Shown here: one piece after another, positions 21,730-32,545 of the stretch
Layout: every line of letters begins with the position of its first letter
How positions within the stretch are numbered: the stretch's first letter is position 1
From: Nitrosopumilus sp.
GTDB lineage: Archaea > Thermoproteota > Nitrososphaeria > Nitrososphaerales > Nitrosopumilaceae
DNA length: 64,000 nucleotides
Assembly: GCA_965197525.1 (NCBI GenBank)
Contig: OZ240211.1
Span: forward strand, 1,792,001 to 1,856,000
Direction of reading: 5' to 3'
Made by a program: the position numbers and the translations under genes
The notes under the pieces: generated by a model
What the model saw: only the letters and a program-made list of their open reading frames with translations
The model's database searches: none
What the model was told of the DNA's origin: nothing

Positions 21730-22884
21730 GTGAGTAGCAAAGACCAGTCAGTTTTTAGCAAAAGGGCATTGATGAGTACAAAACCTGGAAAACAGATATT
21801 AATACAGGCCATGTTCAAATCTAAAGGTTACAAACTATTTAACAAATACAAAGATGAGACTGAACTTGAATTTCCAAACTTTGCCCAACGATTTGCACAT
21901 GGACTATTGCAACAAATAAAATCCGATACTGACCCTAACTCCACACAACAAGCGTTTGGTAATGAAGTTGGTTCAACTGAGATAATACTAAACGCATCTG
22001 AGATTGACCCTATAAAATCAAAATTAGAAGACTTGGATGTACTTCAAGATCGAGTCAATCGAATCTTAAATTCCAATTTTGTAAAGATGACGTTTCCAGT
22101 ATTTAATGCACTGTTTGATGGTGCATCTAATTACTCTGGAAGGGATGATCCTCAATTAAAACAAGATATGGTTGAAGGCCACATTCTTGCCATCGATCTT
22201 AGTGAACCAATGGATAGAATTGTAGATAAAGACGAAGATCTTGATTTTCTTGATGATTATAAACTGATGAATCCCTATATTCTAAAACTCGCAAGGGACA
22301 AAATCTCAAAGGGCGGAGATCTAGTTCTCAAAGAATTTGAGGAAGGGTTCAAAGATGCACGAGTCGGTCAATATCTTGATGAAAAATTAAAATCACAACC
22401 AACAGAGATCACTGATGAAAAAATGATCCTCTCTTACAAAAAATACCGTGCTGTGATGGGCACTGCGGGAAGAAACATGGCGCTCTCTGAACGACCATTA
22501 GGTGAGATATTCTATCTAGGTATGGCAAGAGCTGCAGAAGGTGTAGGATGTGGAAATGAGATAGAAGACTCTATTAAAAATGGATTTGTCAAAATTCCTT
22601 CTTGGCCGCTTTATTATTCGCTGTTAACTGATGACGTAAAAAGAGGGTTTGAAATTACTTTGGATAAAAGTAATCTGTATCTGCAAGACGCTCGCCTAGC
22701 CCTTGAATTACTGCCTGAAGGATTCTCTCATAAAGATTTTCTATCATTTCTATTTTTGACTGTAGAGCACTATAATCAATACTGGTACAACAAACTACAA
22801 AAGGCCAACATGTGGTCTGACTTTAAATCTAAACTTCCTAGTCGTAGTAGTAATAATAGCAGTGGTAACATTGATGTGGTCTGA
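21730..22884 (+). CDS. Conserved hypothetical protein
   Basis: 384-aa ORF with host-like composition, overlapping rfcL start. Confidence 0.8.
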   Translation: MSSKDQSVFSKRALMSTKPGKQILIQAMFKSKGYKLFNKYKDETELEFPNFAQRFAHGLLQQIKSDTDPNSTQQAFGNEVGSTEIILNASEIDPIKSKLEDLDVLQDRVNRILNSNFVKMTFPVFNALFDGASNYSGRDDPQLKQDMVEGHILAIDLSEPMDRIVDKDEDLDFLDDYKLMNPYILKLARDKISKGGDLVLKEFEEGFKDARVGQYLDEKLKSQPTEITDEKMILSYKKYRAVMGTAGRNMALSERPLGEIFYLGMARAAEGVGCGNEIEDSIKNGFVKIPSWPLYYSLLTDDVKRGFEITLDKSNLYLQDARLALELLPEGFSHKDFLSFLFLTVEHYNQYWYNKLQKANMWSDFKSKLPSRSSNNSSGNIDVV

Positions 22885-24031
22885 AAAGTACAGGCCTGAA
22901 CACATCTCTGATATGGTAGGAAATGAACAGGCACGAGCGTCAGTCATTGAATGGTTTACTAAGTGGAAAAAGGGCACAAAACCACTACTTTTAGTGGGTC
23001 CCCCCGGAATTGGCAAGACAACTATTGCAAATATTATATCTACACAATTCGGCTATGATACAATCGGGCTTAATGCAAGTGATGCTAGAAGCAAGTCTAG
23101 AATAAACGAGATTCTTCTCCCCGTGCTGGGAAATGTAAGCGTGTTGGGAACTCCCATGATCTTCATCGATGAGGTTGACGGAATTCATGGCCGCAGTGAT
23201 TTTGGAGGGGCAGCAGCACTAGTTGACGTATTAAAGGAACCTACAGTGCCAATCATTCTTGCCGCAAACAGCGATACAGCTGACAAGATGAAGAATATCA
23301 AAAAAGCAACCAAGACAGTCTACTTTAAAAAAATTCCTCCTCGTCTGTTACACGTTTATCTTCAAAGCATCCTAAGTAGACAGGGCGTAACACTAAGTCC
23401 TGGCTCTTTAGTCAAAGTCATTGATCGTTCCCGCGGTGACATTCGTTCCATGATAAATCTTGCACAATCATTGGTTACTGGATTCAACCCTCAGACTGAT
23501 CAGTCTTTTGAGAATCTTGACGTTGAAGCTGGCATAAATGCATTCTTTAAAGCAAATTCTATTGAAGAGGCAAAAAGTGTATTGTACTCTATGCAAATTG
23601 ATCCTAGAAATAAGATTAATGCATTTTATTCAAGCATAATAACCAGCAAGTTAGATGATGGCACGCTTGCCAAATACTTGCAGGTCTTATCTGATGCTGA
23701 CATACTATTAGGTAAGATAATGAAGACGCAGAATTGGCGATTGTTACGATATCTCAATGATATCCTAATACGTCTATACCAAAAGGACGCCCAAGTGCGT
23801 TATTCTCAGTACAATCTGTCTTGGCCGTTACTTAATAGAATTCGTTGGGACGGTGCCAAAATCAAGTCATTATCATCTATTATGGCAAAACAGTTGCATC
23901 TGTCATCAAGTGCGTTTGTAACACTGTGCCTGCCTTTTGTTTTATTCTGTATTAAACACAAGACCCTGCAATTGGACTTGGAGGAGACATTTGCTGACAT
24001 TATCAAAAAAGAGATAGAGATGATACCATGA
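22874..24031 (+). CDS. rfcL: Replication factor C large subunit-like AAA+ ATPase
   Basis: WSEKYRP, GPPGIGKTT, LNASDAR, IDEVD, GDIRSMIN. Confidence 0.9.
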   Translation: MWSEKYRPEHISDMVGNEQARASVIEWFTKWKKGTKPLLLVGPPGIGKTTIANIISTQFGYDTIGLNASDARSKSRINEILLPVLGNVSVLGTPMIFIDEVDGIHGRSDFGGAAALVDVLKEPTVPIILAANSDTADKMKNIKKATKTVYFKKIPPRLLHVYLQSILSRQGVTLSPGSLVKVIDRSRGDIRSMINLAQSLVTGFNPQTDQSFENLDVEAGINAFFKANSIEEAKSVLYSMQIDPRNKINAFYSSIITSKLDDGTLAKYLQVLSDADILLGKIMKTQNWRLLRYLNDILIRLYQKDAQVRYSQYNLSWPLLNRIRWDGAKIKSLSSIMAKQLHLSSSAFVTLCLPFVLFCIKHKTLQLDLEETFADIIKKEIEMIP

Positions 24032-24345
24032 GCTGGATAAAGATGACAATGAGATTTCCAGGTATGTGTATCGTATGTCACAAACCAGTACCTGCAAAAG
24101 AGATTGGTTTTTGGGCAAAAGGATTGGGAGTAAAACATGAAAAATGTGCTGTACCTGATACGCAGGAACTGCAGTGTGGTGTATGTGGTGCATCAGCTGG
24201 TTGTGCCATATGTGAGTTCAGTGACGTCTGTGATATTCCAAATGTATCTCAGTCATGTATATGCAAAAAGTGCAGTACGGATAAAAAGGCGTTTGATCTT
24301 TACAAAATGGCTGTAAACAAAAAATTCCCTCATCTAAACACTTGA
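24028..24345 (+). CDS. Cys-rich (Zn-finger) hypothetical protein
   Basis: CxxC...HxxC and CxxC/CxxC/CxCxxC patterns; overlaps upstream stop. Confidence 0.8.
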   Translation: MSWIKMTMRFPGMCIVCHKPVPAKEIGFWAKGLGVKHEKCAVPDTQELQCGVCGASAGCAICEFSDVCDIPNVSQSCICKKCSTDKKAFDLYKMAVNKKFPHLNT

Positions 24346-24529
24346 CTACAACATGATGTTAATTTACGTGTAGTTATCTCCATTAACATCTGAATATTTG
24401 GTATTTTTGAAACTATGCTATGAGAATTCATCTGGAATTTTTAACGATCTTGATTTTATGCTCCCAACTAATAATACAGGAGAACCTCTCTCTTACAAGG
24501 TTTATAACCATATTGTGTATATTTTTTGT

Positions 24530-24856
24530 ATGTCTGTTGATGTAACGCCTAAATTGAGAGCGTTATGCGACGTCTTGAAGAATTTTTCTGAGTTTATGGT
24601 ACTGTTGAGTAAAACGAGTCAAAAACATCAAATGTCAATTGGTGAAGTTGGTAATTTCCGTTCCCTAAACATCTCTCCACAAGATTTAACAAAATCCGTA
24701 CCCCCTGAAAAGTTAGGATTTGTAATAGGTGCAATGACTGACATGCAGGCACTCACCGAAATGAATAATTTTATGAATTGCACTTCTGAGGAACTTGATG
24801 AACTTGGTGATGGATTGGATACGGTAATGCATAAACTTGAACATGGGTTGGAATAG
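24530..24856 (+). CDS. Hypothetical protein
   Basis: Probable ATG at 24530 (MSVDVTPK); stop abuts next start. Confidence 0.55.
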   Translation: MSVDVTPKLRALCDVLKNFSEFMVLLSKTSQKHQMSIGEVGNFRSLNISPQDLTKSVPPEKLGFVIGAMTDMQALTEMNNFMNCTSEELDELGDGLDTVMHKLEHGLE

Positions 24857-25396
24857 ATGGTTGAGATAAATGATTCAACGTTGTCACAGATGGAGGACAA
24901 TGTCACCAATATTTTTAATGGGATGCAGAATGGTGTATTCAGTGTATTTGATAAAAACATGCCAGAACATAAACAGGAAGACATGATAGTAGATGCGTTG
25001 CTACGTCTACGCGATAATGCAATGAATGAGACATTTGAGGATGGTATGGACACTAAATTTAGCATCGGTTTGAGAACTATAATCCAAAACTGCGGCACAC
25101 CCTCTATTAAAGCACTTGATAAGGCAATGCCGTTGGAGACAACAAGCGCTACGATCATGGAGGAACTATTGAGGCAAATTGGTAATATGGATGATCCTCC
25201 TACTCACAAACTCCGATTGGCACTCTTAGAGCGCGCATTAGAGTCTCCTGACTCTCGTATTCGCGATGCTGCTACAATAGGGATGGATGCTATGGGCGAT
25301 CCTAAAGCAATCCCCAGTATCAAAAAGGCAATCGCCTGCGAACCAGACGAATGGATACGAAAAAATCTCAAGACAATACTTGAACAATTAGAATAA
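24857..25396 (+). CDS. HEAT-repeat-containing hypothetical protein
   Basis: C-terminal PDSRIRDAATIGMDAMGDPKAIPSIKKAIACEPDEWIRKNL HEAT_2-like motif. Confidence 0.7.
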   Translation: MVEINDSTLSQMEDNVTNIFNGMQNGVFSVFDKNMPEHKQEDMIVDALLRLRDNAMNETFEDGMDTKFSIGLRTIIQNCGTPSIKALDKAMPLETTSATIMEELLRQIGNMDDPPTHKLRLALLERALESPDSRIRDAATIGMDAMGDPKAIPSIKKAIACEPDEWIRKNLKTILEQLE

Positions 25397-25775
25397 TTAT
25401 CATGAGACATTTCCTACGACTTATAGGCCTACGAGATGGTGTGGATCCCACACCACGAATTGGCTTGGCAATAATGTTCCAGACGTTCATGACAAGAAGA
25501 TCTTGTATGATGTCCTGTAATAAAATAGAACCAAGAGAAACCTATTTTTTCGATCAATCCCCATCTATATCCTGCACAATGTTAGGCATTCTGTTTCTTT
25601 TAAAAGCCCGAATTGACATACCATCCCTGTAATCAGCAGGATTTAGCCTCATAATGTATCTAATCGCATATTTGTGTCTAATTACGGATGATATCTCTTG
25701 TATATGTCACCATTACATAATTTTTCTTTTATTCTGTTTAAATTAATATATGAAACTATTTTATCGTACACTGTT

Positions 25776-27323
25776 ATGCACTCTGAAAAGATTGAAGGGT
25801 ATTCTAAAAAGACAAATACTGCATTACAAGGCGGAGGCAAGGATCGGATTGATGCCCAACATGAAAAGGGCAAACTTACTGCGCGTGAACGAATTAATCT
25901 ATTACTAGATGAAGGTACATTCACAGAAGTTGATCCGTTAACTACACATCATTATCACGAGTATGACATGCAGAAGAAGAAATTCTTCACAGACGGCGTT
26001 GTTGGTGGATATGGTAATGTCTTTGGCAGACAGATCTTTGTCTTTGCGTATGATTTTACTGTTCTCGGAGGCACGTTAAGCCAGATGGGATCTAAAAAAA
26101 TCACTAAACTAATGAAACATGCAGTTAAAACCGGATGTCCAATTATCGGAATAATGGATTCTGGCGGCGCAAGAATCCAAGAAGGAATAATGAGCCTTGA
26201 TGGCTTTGCAGATATATTCTATCACAATCAATTAGCATCTGGTGTAATCCCACAAATTACTGCTAGCATAGGGCCGTCTGCTGGCGGTTCTGTGTACTCT
26301 CCTGCAATAACTGATTTTGTAATTATGGTCGAAAAAGTTGGTACAATGTTTGTTACCGGACCTGACGTAGTCAAAACCGTATTAGGTGAGGACATCTCCT
26401 TTGATGATCTTGGTGGTGCAATGACCCATGGTTCAAAGAGCGGCGTTGCACATTTTGTAGCACAAAACGAATACGAGTGTATGGATTACATCAAAAAACT
26501 GATATCCTATATCCCTCAAAACAATACTCAAAGTCCTCCCAAGATTGCTACTGATGATGATCCAAATCGGTTGGATCATAATTTAATCAACATCATTCCC
26601 GTAAATCCATTACAGCCTTATGACATGAAAGAGATAATACATTCAATTGTTGATAACAACGAGTTCTTTGAAATTCATGAATTGTTTGCTCCAAATATTA
26701 TTGTAGGCTATGCTAGAATGAATGGCTCAGCTGTTGGAATTGTTGCAAATCAACCAATACACCTTGCAGGTGCACTGGATATTGACTCTTCAAACAAAGC
26801 TGCACGTTTTATACGATTCTGTGATGCCTTTAACATTCCCCTTATCACTCTAGTTGATACCCCTGGATATATGCCAGGTTCCAATCAAGAGCACAATGGT
26901 ATAATCAGACATGGTAGTAAACTACTCTATGCGTACTGTGAGGCTACTGTTCCTAGAATCACTCTAGTTATTGGCAAGGCATACGGAGGCGCGTACATTG
27001 CAATGGGAAGTAAGAATCTTAGAACTGATGTCAACTATGCATGGCCTACTGCTAGATGTGCTGTTTTAGGAGGTGAGGCAGCTGTCAGAATCATGTACCG
27101 AAAAGAACTTGATGCATCAAAGAACACAGAGGCACTCAAAAAACAATTAATTGATGAATTTACCGAGAAATTTGAAAATCCATACGTTGCAGCATCGCAT
27201 GGAACAGTTGACAACGTAATTGATCCAGCTCAAACTAGACCAATGTTGATCAAGGCACTTCAAATGCTTGAAAACAAAAGAGAGAAGCAACTTCCAAGAA
27301 AGCATGGAAACATTAACCTGTGA
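25776..27323 (+). CDS. pccB: Acetyl-/propionyl-CoA carboxylase carboxyltransferase subunit (3HP/4HB cycle)
   Basis: GKLTARERI, DSGGARIQEG, DTPGYMPG, RKHGNINL; start moved to ATG 25776. Confidence 0.96.
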   Translation: MHSEKIEGYSKKTNTALQGGGKDRIDAQHEKGKLTARERINLLLDEGTFTEVDPLTTHHYHEYDMQKKKFFTDGVVGGYGNVFGRQIFVFAYDFTVLGGTLSQMGSKKITKLMKHAVKTGCPIIGIMDSGGARIQEGIMSLDGFADIFYHNQLASGVIPQITASIGPSAGGSVYSPAITDFVIMVEKVGTMFVTGPDVVKTVLGEDISFDDLGGAMTHGSKSGVAHFVAQNEYECMDYIKKLISYIPQNNTQSPPKIATDDDPNRLDHNLINIIPVNPLQPYDMKEIIHSIVDNNEFFEIHELFAPNIIVGYARMNGSAVGIVANQPIHLAGALDIDSSNKAARFIRFCDAFNIPLITLVDTPGYMPGSNQEHNGIIRHGSKLLYAYCEATVPRITLVIGKAYGGAYIAMGSKNLRTDVNYAWPTARCAVLGGEAAVRIMYRKELDASKNTEALKKQLIDEFTEKFENPYVAASHGTVDNVIDPAQTRPMLIKALQMLENKREKQLPRKHGNINL

Positions 27324-27329
27324 TTTGAT

Positions 27330-28841
27330 ATGATAGAAAAAGTACTTGTTGCAAACCGAGGCGAAATAGCGTTACGTGTCATTCGAACATGCAAGTTGCT
27401 AGGAATTAAAACAGTAGCAATCTATTCTGATGAGGATTACAACTCTATGCATGTAAAACAAGCTAGTGAAGCATATCACATTGGAGAGGCAGCCCCTGCA
27501 AGTTCATACCTTAACCAAGAAAAGATACTAGAGGTTATTCTCAAATCTGGTGCTGATGCCGTTCATCCTGGTTATGGTTTTCTCTCCGAGAATGACGATT
27601 TTGCAAGATTATGTGAGCAAAACAACATTATCTTTATCGGTCCAACTGCCGATTCCATGAATCTATGTGGAGACAAGATGAAGTGCAAAGCTGCAATGCT
27701 CAAGGCTAATGTTCCAACAGTTCCTGGCAGTCCTGGCCTTGTAAAGGATGCAGATGATGCGCTACAAATTGCAAACAAGATAGGATATCCTGTCATGTTA
27801 AAGTCGGTGTATGGCGGAGGTGGTCGTGGAATTCGTATAGTTCGTAACGATCAAGAGCTGCGCGATGGCTATGATTCAGTCACAGGCGAATCGATTGCCG
27901 CTGTAGGCAAATCTGCAATTCTCGTAGAAAAGTTCCTAGAGAAGACAAGACATATCGAATACCAGTTTGCACGAGACACCCATGGCAACACAGTTCACAT
28001 ATTTGAGCGGGAATGCTCGATTCAGAGACGTAATCAGAAATTAATTGAACAGACCCCCTCACCTGTAGTTGATGAAAAGACAAGAGAACGTGTGGGCAAA
28101 CTGGTCTGCGATGCAGCAGTCGCAGTTGGTTATACCAATCTGGGCACTGCTGAATTTCTCAGATCTGATGATGGAGAGTTTTACTTTATTGAGATTAACG
28201 CACGACTGCAAGTAGAGCATCCAATCACTGAATTTGTTTCAGGATTAGACTTGGTTAAACTACAACTAGATATTGCAAACGGCGAGCCTATTCCATTTAA
28301 ACAAAAAGATCTCAAGATGAATGGCTATGCAATAGAATGCAGAATTAATGCCGAAGACACTTTTCTTGATTTTGCCCCCTCTACTGGTCCTGTTCCTGAC
28401 GTACAGATTCCTGCAGGACCTAGTGTGCGGTGCGACACTTATCTGTATCCTGGGTGCTCTGTATCGCCATTTTATGACTCACTTATGGCAAAACTTGTTA
28501 CGTGGGGGCAGACGTTTGAAGAGTCCCGCACTAGAATGCTTTCTGCTTTAAATGACTTTTACATTGAAGGTGTAGAGACCTCGATTCCACTCTACAAGAC
28601 AATCCTTGATTCTGATGAATACAAAAATGGAAACTTGTCTACTGACTTTCTCAAGCGCTATGATATGATTAATAGATTAACTGCTGATCTTCAAAAAGAG
28701 AGAGAAGATAACATTCAACCGGCATTGGCTGCTGCAATAATTCACTCTGAATACTTTAAGAGCAAAGTGCAGAATAATGCTACTACTGGTGCTACTACTA
28801 TTGACAACGGCGCTTCTAACTGGAAATATAGATTGGATTGA
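27330..28841 (+). CDS. accC: Biotin carboxylase subunit
   Basis: ANRGEIA, HPGYGFLSEN, GGGGRGIR, RLQVEHP. Confidence 0.97.
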   Translation: MIEKVLVANRGEIALRVIRTCKLLGIKTVAIYSDEDYNSMHVKQASEAYHIGEAAPASSYLNQEKILEVILKSGADAVHPGYGFLSENDDFARLCEQNNIIFIGPTADSMNLCGDKMKCKAAMLKANVPTVPGSPGLVKDADDALQIANKIGYPVMLKSVYGGGGRGIRIVRNDQELRDGYDSVTGESIAAVGKSAILVEKFLEKTRHIEYQFARDTHGNTVHIFERECSIQRRNQKLIEQTPSPVVDEKTRERVGKLVCDAAVAVGYTNLGTAEFLRSDDGEFYFIEINARLQVEHPITEFVSGLDLVKLQLDIANGEPIPFKQKDLKMNGYAIECRINAEDTFLDFAPSTGPVPDVQIPAGPSVRCDTYLYPGCSVSPFYDSLMAKLVTWGQTFEESRTRMLSALNDFYIEGVETSIPLYKTILDSDEYKNGNLSTDFLKRYDMINRLTADLQKEREDNIQPALAAAIIHSEYFKSKVQNNATTGATTIDNGASNWKYRLD

Positions 28842-28846
28842 TGTAA

Positions 28847-29359
28847 ATGAATTACAAAATAAAAGATATAGAAGAATCATTTGATGGCCATATAGAGCAG
28901 AATCTTGGTAATGGTGCTTACATCATTAAAATTAACGATACCGAACATCAATTAAAAATTACATCTATTAGCTCAAACGGAATTGAGTTTATCTTGGATC
29001 AAAAATACCACAAGGCAAAATATCTTGGCAACACTACAAACGAGATGAATCTTGTAGTTAACCATGTTCCTACCACTATCAACTTACATACACACTATGA
29101 CAGCATTGTCTACAAGAACTCTGGCGGTTCAGCAACTGGTAATGCAGAATTATCACTAAAGAGTCAAATTCCAGGCAAAGTCGTATCTCTGGCTGTTGCA
29201 CAAGGCGATACAGTAAAGAAAGGAGACGTCATATGCACTTTGGAATCAATGAAGATGCAAGTTGCCATAAAGGCACACAAAGACGGAGTTGTAAGTATGC
29301 TTAAAATCAAAGAATCTGATACTATTGCCAAAGGCGACGTTATTGCAGAGATTCAATAG
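28847..29359 (+). CDS. accB: Biotin carboxyl carrier protein
   Basis: ESMKM biotinylation motif. Confidence 0.95.
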   Translation: MNYKIKDIEESFDGHIEQNLGNGAYIIKINDTEHQLKITSISSNGIEFILDQKYHKAKYLGNTTNEMNLVVNHVPTTINLHTHYDSIVYKNSGGSATGNAELSLKSQIPGKVVSLAVAQGDTVKKGDVICTLESMKMQVAIKAHKDGVVSMLKIKESDTIAKGDVIAEIQ

Positions 29360-29755
29360 CTGTATTGACAAACCCTGATATCATACAATCAGAACAATGC
29401 TCTGAATCTTTTCTTTACACTGTTTAAAAATTCGAAAGGCTCGTTTTTCTTTTTGATGCATGTGATACCAAAGATTGTATTTTGTACATATGTCAAATGA
29501 TGATGATGGTGGGCTGTTCCAGACTACGATTTGTAAAGATCAAATCTTGTGCTGTAATGAATATTTATCATAACTCTTTTTGGAATTTATCTGATGATTT
29601 CTCATTTGACGCAAATCTATAATTCTTGCAGGTTGGAACTATTACTCTACTGCCAATCTTGAACCCTGCATCAAACTAGTGAACTTTTAAGCAACACCCT
29701 TCTGCATTTTTGTACTTTTTTCTCTATACCTGCTTATTTACAGAGAAATTTATTA

Positions 29756-29782
29756 TTTTTTTTTTTTTTTTTTTTTTTTTTT
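29756..29782 (+). repeat. 27-nt poly-T tract
   Basis: Direct reading; about 50 bp upstream of the 29834 CDS. Confidence 0.9.
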
Positions 29783-29833
29783 GAGAAATTTTGATAATAT
29801 TTTTAACTATTTCCTTAGTATTTCGTATTATCG

Positions 29834-31306
29834 TTGAATCAAATTGTACTCTCTATCACCGTTGTTGTCACTATATTGCTATTAGGCTCAATTATTAGCC
29901 ATACTGCATCTGCTCAATTCCAATCAGGAGGAATTCACAAGGACGGAACATGGTATCCTGGTGAGGGTCTCAAACACGGTGACTTTTTCTCTTATCGCAT
30001 ATGTCATATCGATTACAAGGAATGCACTGCATTTAATCTAGAAATGTGGATTAAAGATGACATACAAGTTGGTACTGAGACTCAATGGTTGACAAAAGTT
30101 GTAGTTTATGATGGCAATAAACGTATTGTAGGTGATTTACATCTATCAAAAATTTCCACTGAACCCACTGGTAGTAATGATGAACTGGATCTTTATAGTC
30201 GAATATTCAAATCGTCTATAGTTTGGCTATCATCGTTTGCAACATCAGATACTAGTCTTGGAGCAAAAGGTCCCGAAGAGTTTCGTGCTCCATCTTGGGG
30301 TAATATTAGCACCATTGGTGGCGTGCAACCATCCCCACAAACTATTGAGATTGTTACTGTTCCTGCTGGTAGCTGGGAGGCTGTAGTAGTGGGTTGGAGA
30401 ACTGGTGGCTATGAAAGCAAAATATGGGTTGTAGATGACTTCCCATTCCCAGTTCGTGCTTTGACATATACTCATGTTTCAGAAGGAATTCCTCCAAAAG
30501 AGTATGAGTTTGAGTTACTATACTATAACGAAAATGTGACTGAAGATCCATTTGAAGGAATCACCTCAAATATTAATCAATTTGAAGCAGCTGGTTGTGA
30601 TGTAGACCCAGCAAAAGATGTTACCATAAAAAAATCCACAAATAATTTCCAGTATCAAATACATGCATCTTATGGTCCTGAAGATCCAGTTCAAGGTTGT
30701 GAGATGTATTGGCTGATCAAATTCCTACAGTCCAATGATGACATGGAGTTTTTGAATCAAGTTCAATACGACTTTTTAGTTGTTGATGATGATTTAAATC
30801 CTGTCAGATCAATTGCAACAGAAGAAGATAGACAGTTTCTTTATTCTCCATCAGGACAGGCTCTTGTCACTTTTCCTGTAAAAGAGAATCCGGGTACTGC
30901 CAACTATGTGATATGGGTATATGGTTTAGCACCTCAAGTAATTGTTCCATCAGAGGCTGACGATTATCTACAACTAGAAGTTGAGATATTCCCAAATGAT
31001 AATACCTCTGTTCTTCAAACAGGTGTTATTCCGAAATGGATTAAGACCAATGCAGGATGGTGGGCTGAAGATGTTTTGGATGATCATTCATTTCTGACCG
31101 GAATTACCTATCTTATTGATAATGGAGTTGTACGAATACCCCACATATCACAGGGTACTAGCGATACCACTGATAACAGTATTCCTACTTGGGTTAAGAC
31201 TAATGCAGGGCTATGGGCAGAAGATGTTTTGGATGACTATTCATTTATTTCCGGAATTCAGTTCCTTGTAGAAAAAGGAATCATTACTATTGATTCTTCT
31301 TCTTAA
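29834..31306 (+). CDS. Secreted protein with duplicated thaumarchaeal C-terminal IPxWxKxNAGxWA module
   Basis: Signal peptide; two IP(K/T)W(I/V)KTNAG(W/L)WAEDVLDD repeats. Confidence 0.85.
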   Translation: MNQIVLSITVVVTILLLGSIISHTASAQFQSGGIHKDGTWYPGEGLKHGDFFSYRICHIDYKECTAFNLEMWIKDDIQVGTETQWLTKVVVYDGNKRIVGDLHLSKISTEPTGSNDELDLYSRIFKSSIVWLSSFATSDTSLGAKGPEEFRAPSWGNISTIGGVQPSPQTIEIVTVPAGSWEAVVVGWRTGGYESKIWVVDDFPFPVRALTYTHVSEGIPPKEYEFELLYYNENVTEDPFEGITSNINQFEAAGCDVDPAKDVTIKKSTNNFQYQIHASYGPEDPVQGCEMYWLIKFLQSNDDMEFLNQVQYDFLVVDDDLNPVRSIATEEDRQFLYSPSGQALVTFPVKENPGTANYVIWVYGLAPQVIVPSEADDYLQLEVEIFPNDNTSVLQTGVIPKWIKTNAGWWAEDVLDDHSFLTGITYLIDNGVVRIPHISQGTSDTTDNSIPTWVKTNAGLWAEDVLDDYSFISGIQFLVEKGIITIDSSS

Positions 31307-31350
31307 TTGCACTCAAATTGATACATAAAATGCAAAACTAATGATTTGAT

Positions 31351-31560
31351 ATGACAAGTCTCTTTAAACATCCTAAACGTCGTCTGAAAAAATTACTCGA
31401 AGATGACAAATACAACAAAGCAGTAGACTGACAATAGCTTAGAATCTTAGTATACTGCCGATCATGATTTATGTTTATTATGAGAAGCAATACTCGATAA
31501 TTGGTACAACCATTAACAATTTCTTGAAAACATGTGTTTAAATCAATAATTGTGGCATGA
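31351..31560 (+). pseudogene. Probable decayed TPR-protein gene
   Basis: MTSLFKHPKRRLKKLLED..., then stops/frameshift and ...DHDFMFIM; recalled similarity to a Nitrosopumilus TPR N-terminus. Confidence 0.45.
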
Positions 31561-31571
31561 GGAAGTGCAAA

Positions 31572-32036
31572 CTATTTTAAGAAATCTTTAATCTCTTGAT
31601 AATTTGGTTCTTTTAGCGGATCATCTGAGACCCATTTGTATCCGATTGTTCCGTCATTCATGATTATGAATAGTGAACGTTTAGCAGCATTATACCCCTT
31701 TATATGAAGCAAGTCTGGCATTAGAACGCCATACTCTCTAATTGTATTGCTGGTATAGTCTGCCAACAATGGAAAACCAAAGTTGTTTGCCTCTGCAAAC
31801 GCCTTGTTTGCAAATGGGCCATCGTTACTAATTGCAACTACTTGTGCGTCCATATCTGATAATTCTTTCCAAGAGTCCCGTAGTGTGCAAAGCTCAACTT
31901 TGCATACGGGTGAACTAGCTGCAACTATAAACGTCAATACTATCTTTTTACCTTTGAATTCATCTAGATTTCTTAGTTTTAAATCAGTGTCCTGCAGCTC
32001 AAATCCTGGAGCAACATCCCCTACATTCAACGGCAT
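31572..32036 (-). CDS. Peroxiredoxin (AhpC/TSA, Bcp-like)
   Basis: GDVAPGFEL, SPVCKVELC, AAKRSLFI. Confidence 0.92.
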   Translation of the reverse strand: MPLNVGDVAPGFELQDTDLKLRNLDEFKGKKIVLTFIVAASSPVCKVELCTLRDSWKELSDMDAQVVAISNDGPFANKAFAEANNFGFPLLADYTSNTIREYGVLMPDLLHIKGYNAAKRSLFIIMNDGTIGYKWVSDDPLKEPNYQEIKDFLK

Positions 32037-32254
32037 ACTTGCCGTATAATTTTGTGTTATTAATCTTTTTACAAAAACAGTTTTTTGGAGGCTTTTAGAG
32101 GAGACACGGTTTTCAATTATTGGCGTTTGAAGGCGTTGTCATCTGTAGGTATTAATCAACGCACACACTCTGTTGACTGTCACCTTTACTATGGATTGTA
32201 TCTCATATAGTTTACAAATACTTGTTTTATCCAACTCGTTGCTTGTGGCAAGTA

Positions 32255-32277
32255 CTAAAACGATTGAATTATATACA
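32255..32277 (+). repeat. attL-like 23-bp direct repeat
   Basis: CTAAAACGATTGAATTATATACA, identical to 57561-57583. Confidence 0.92.
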
Positions 32278-32545
32278 TAAAAATTTTTTTCGTGCGTGTA
32301 AAAAACAGATTCCTTTGTTGGTAATTTTGAATGAAAACTAGTAGACATTATGCAATGTTTTTTTGGTTGCATGTTACACAAGTCATGATTGTATCTAATT
32401 TAACGTTTCTTTGATTTTGGTTTTGGTAAATGTTGGGTCAATTGATATTATTTGATATCTCTTGATGTGGGGTTGATCCTTATTTGAGCTACTCTTTGAT
32501 ATTCTATCAAAAATAATGATGGCTTGGAAAAATCTGAATCTTTGT

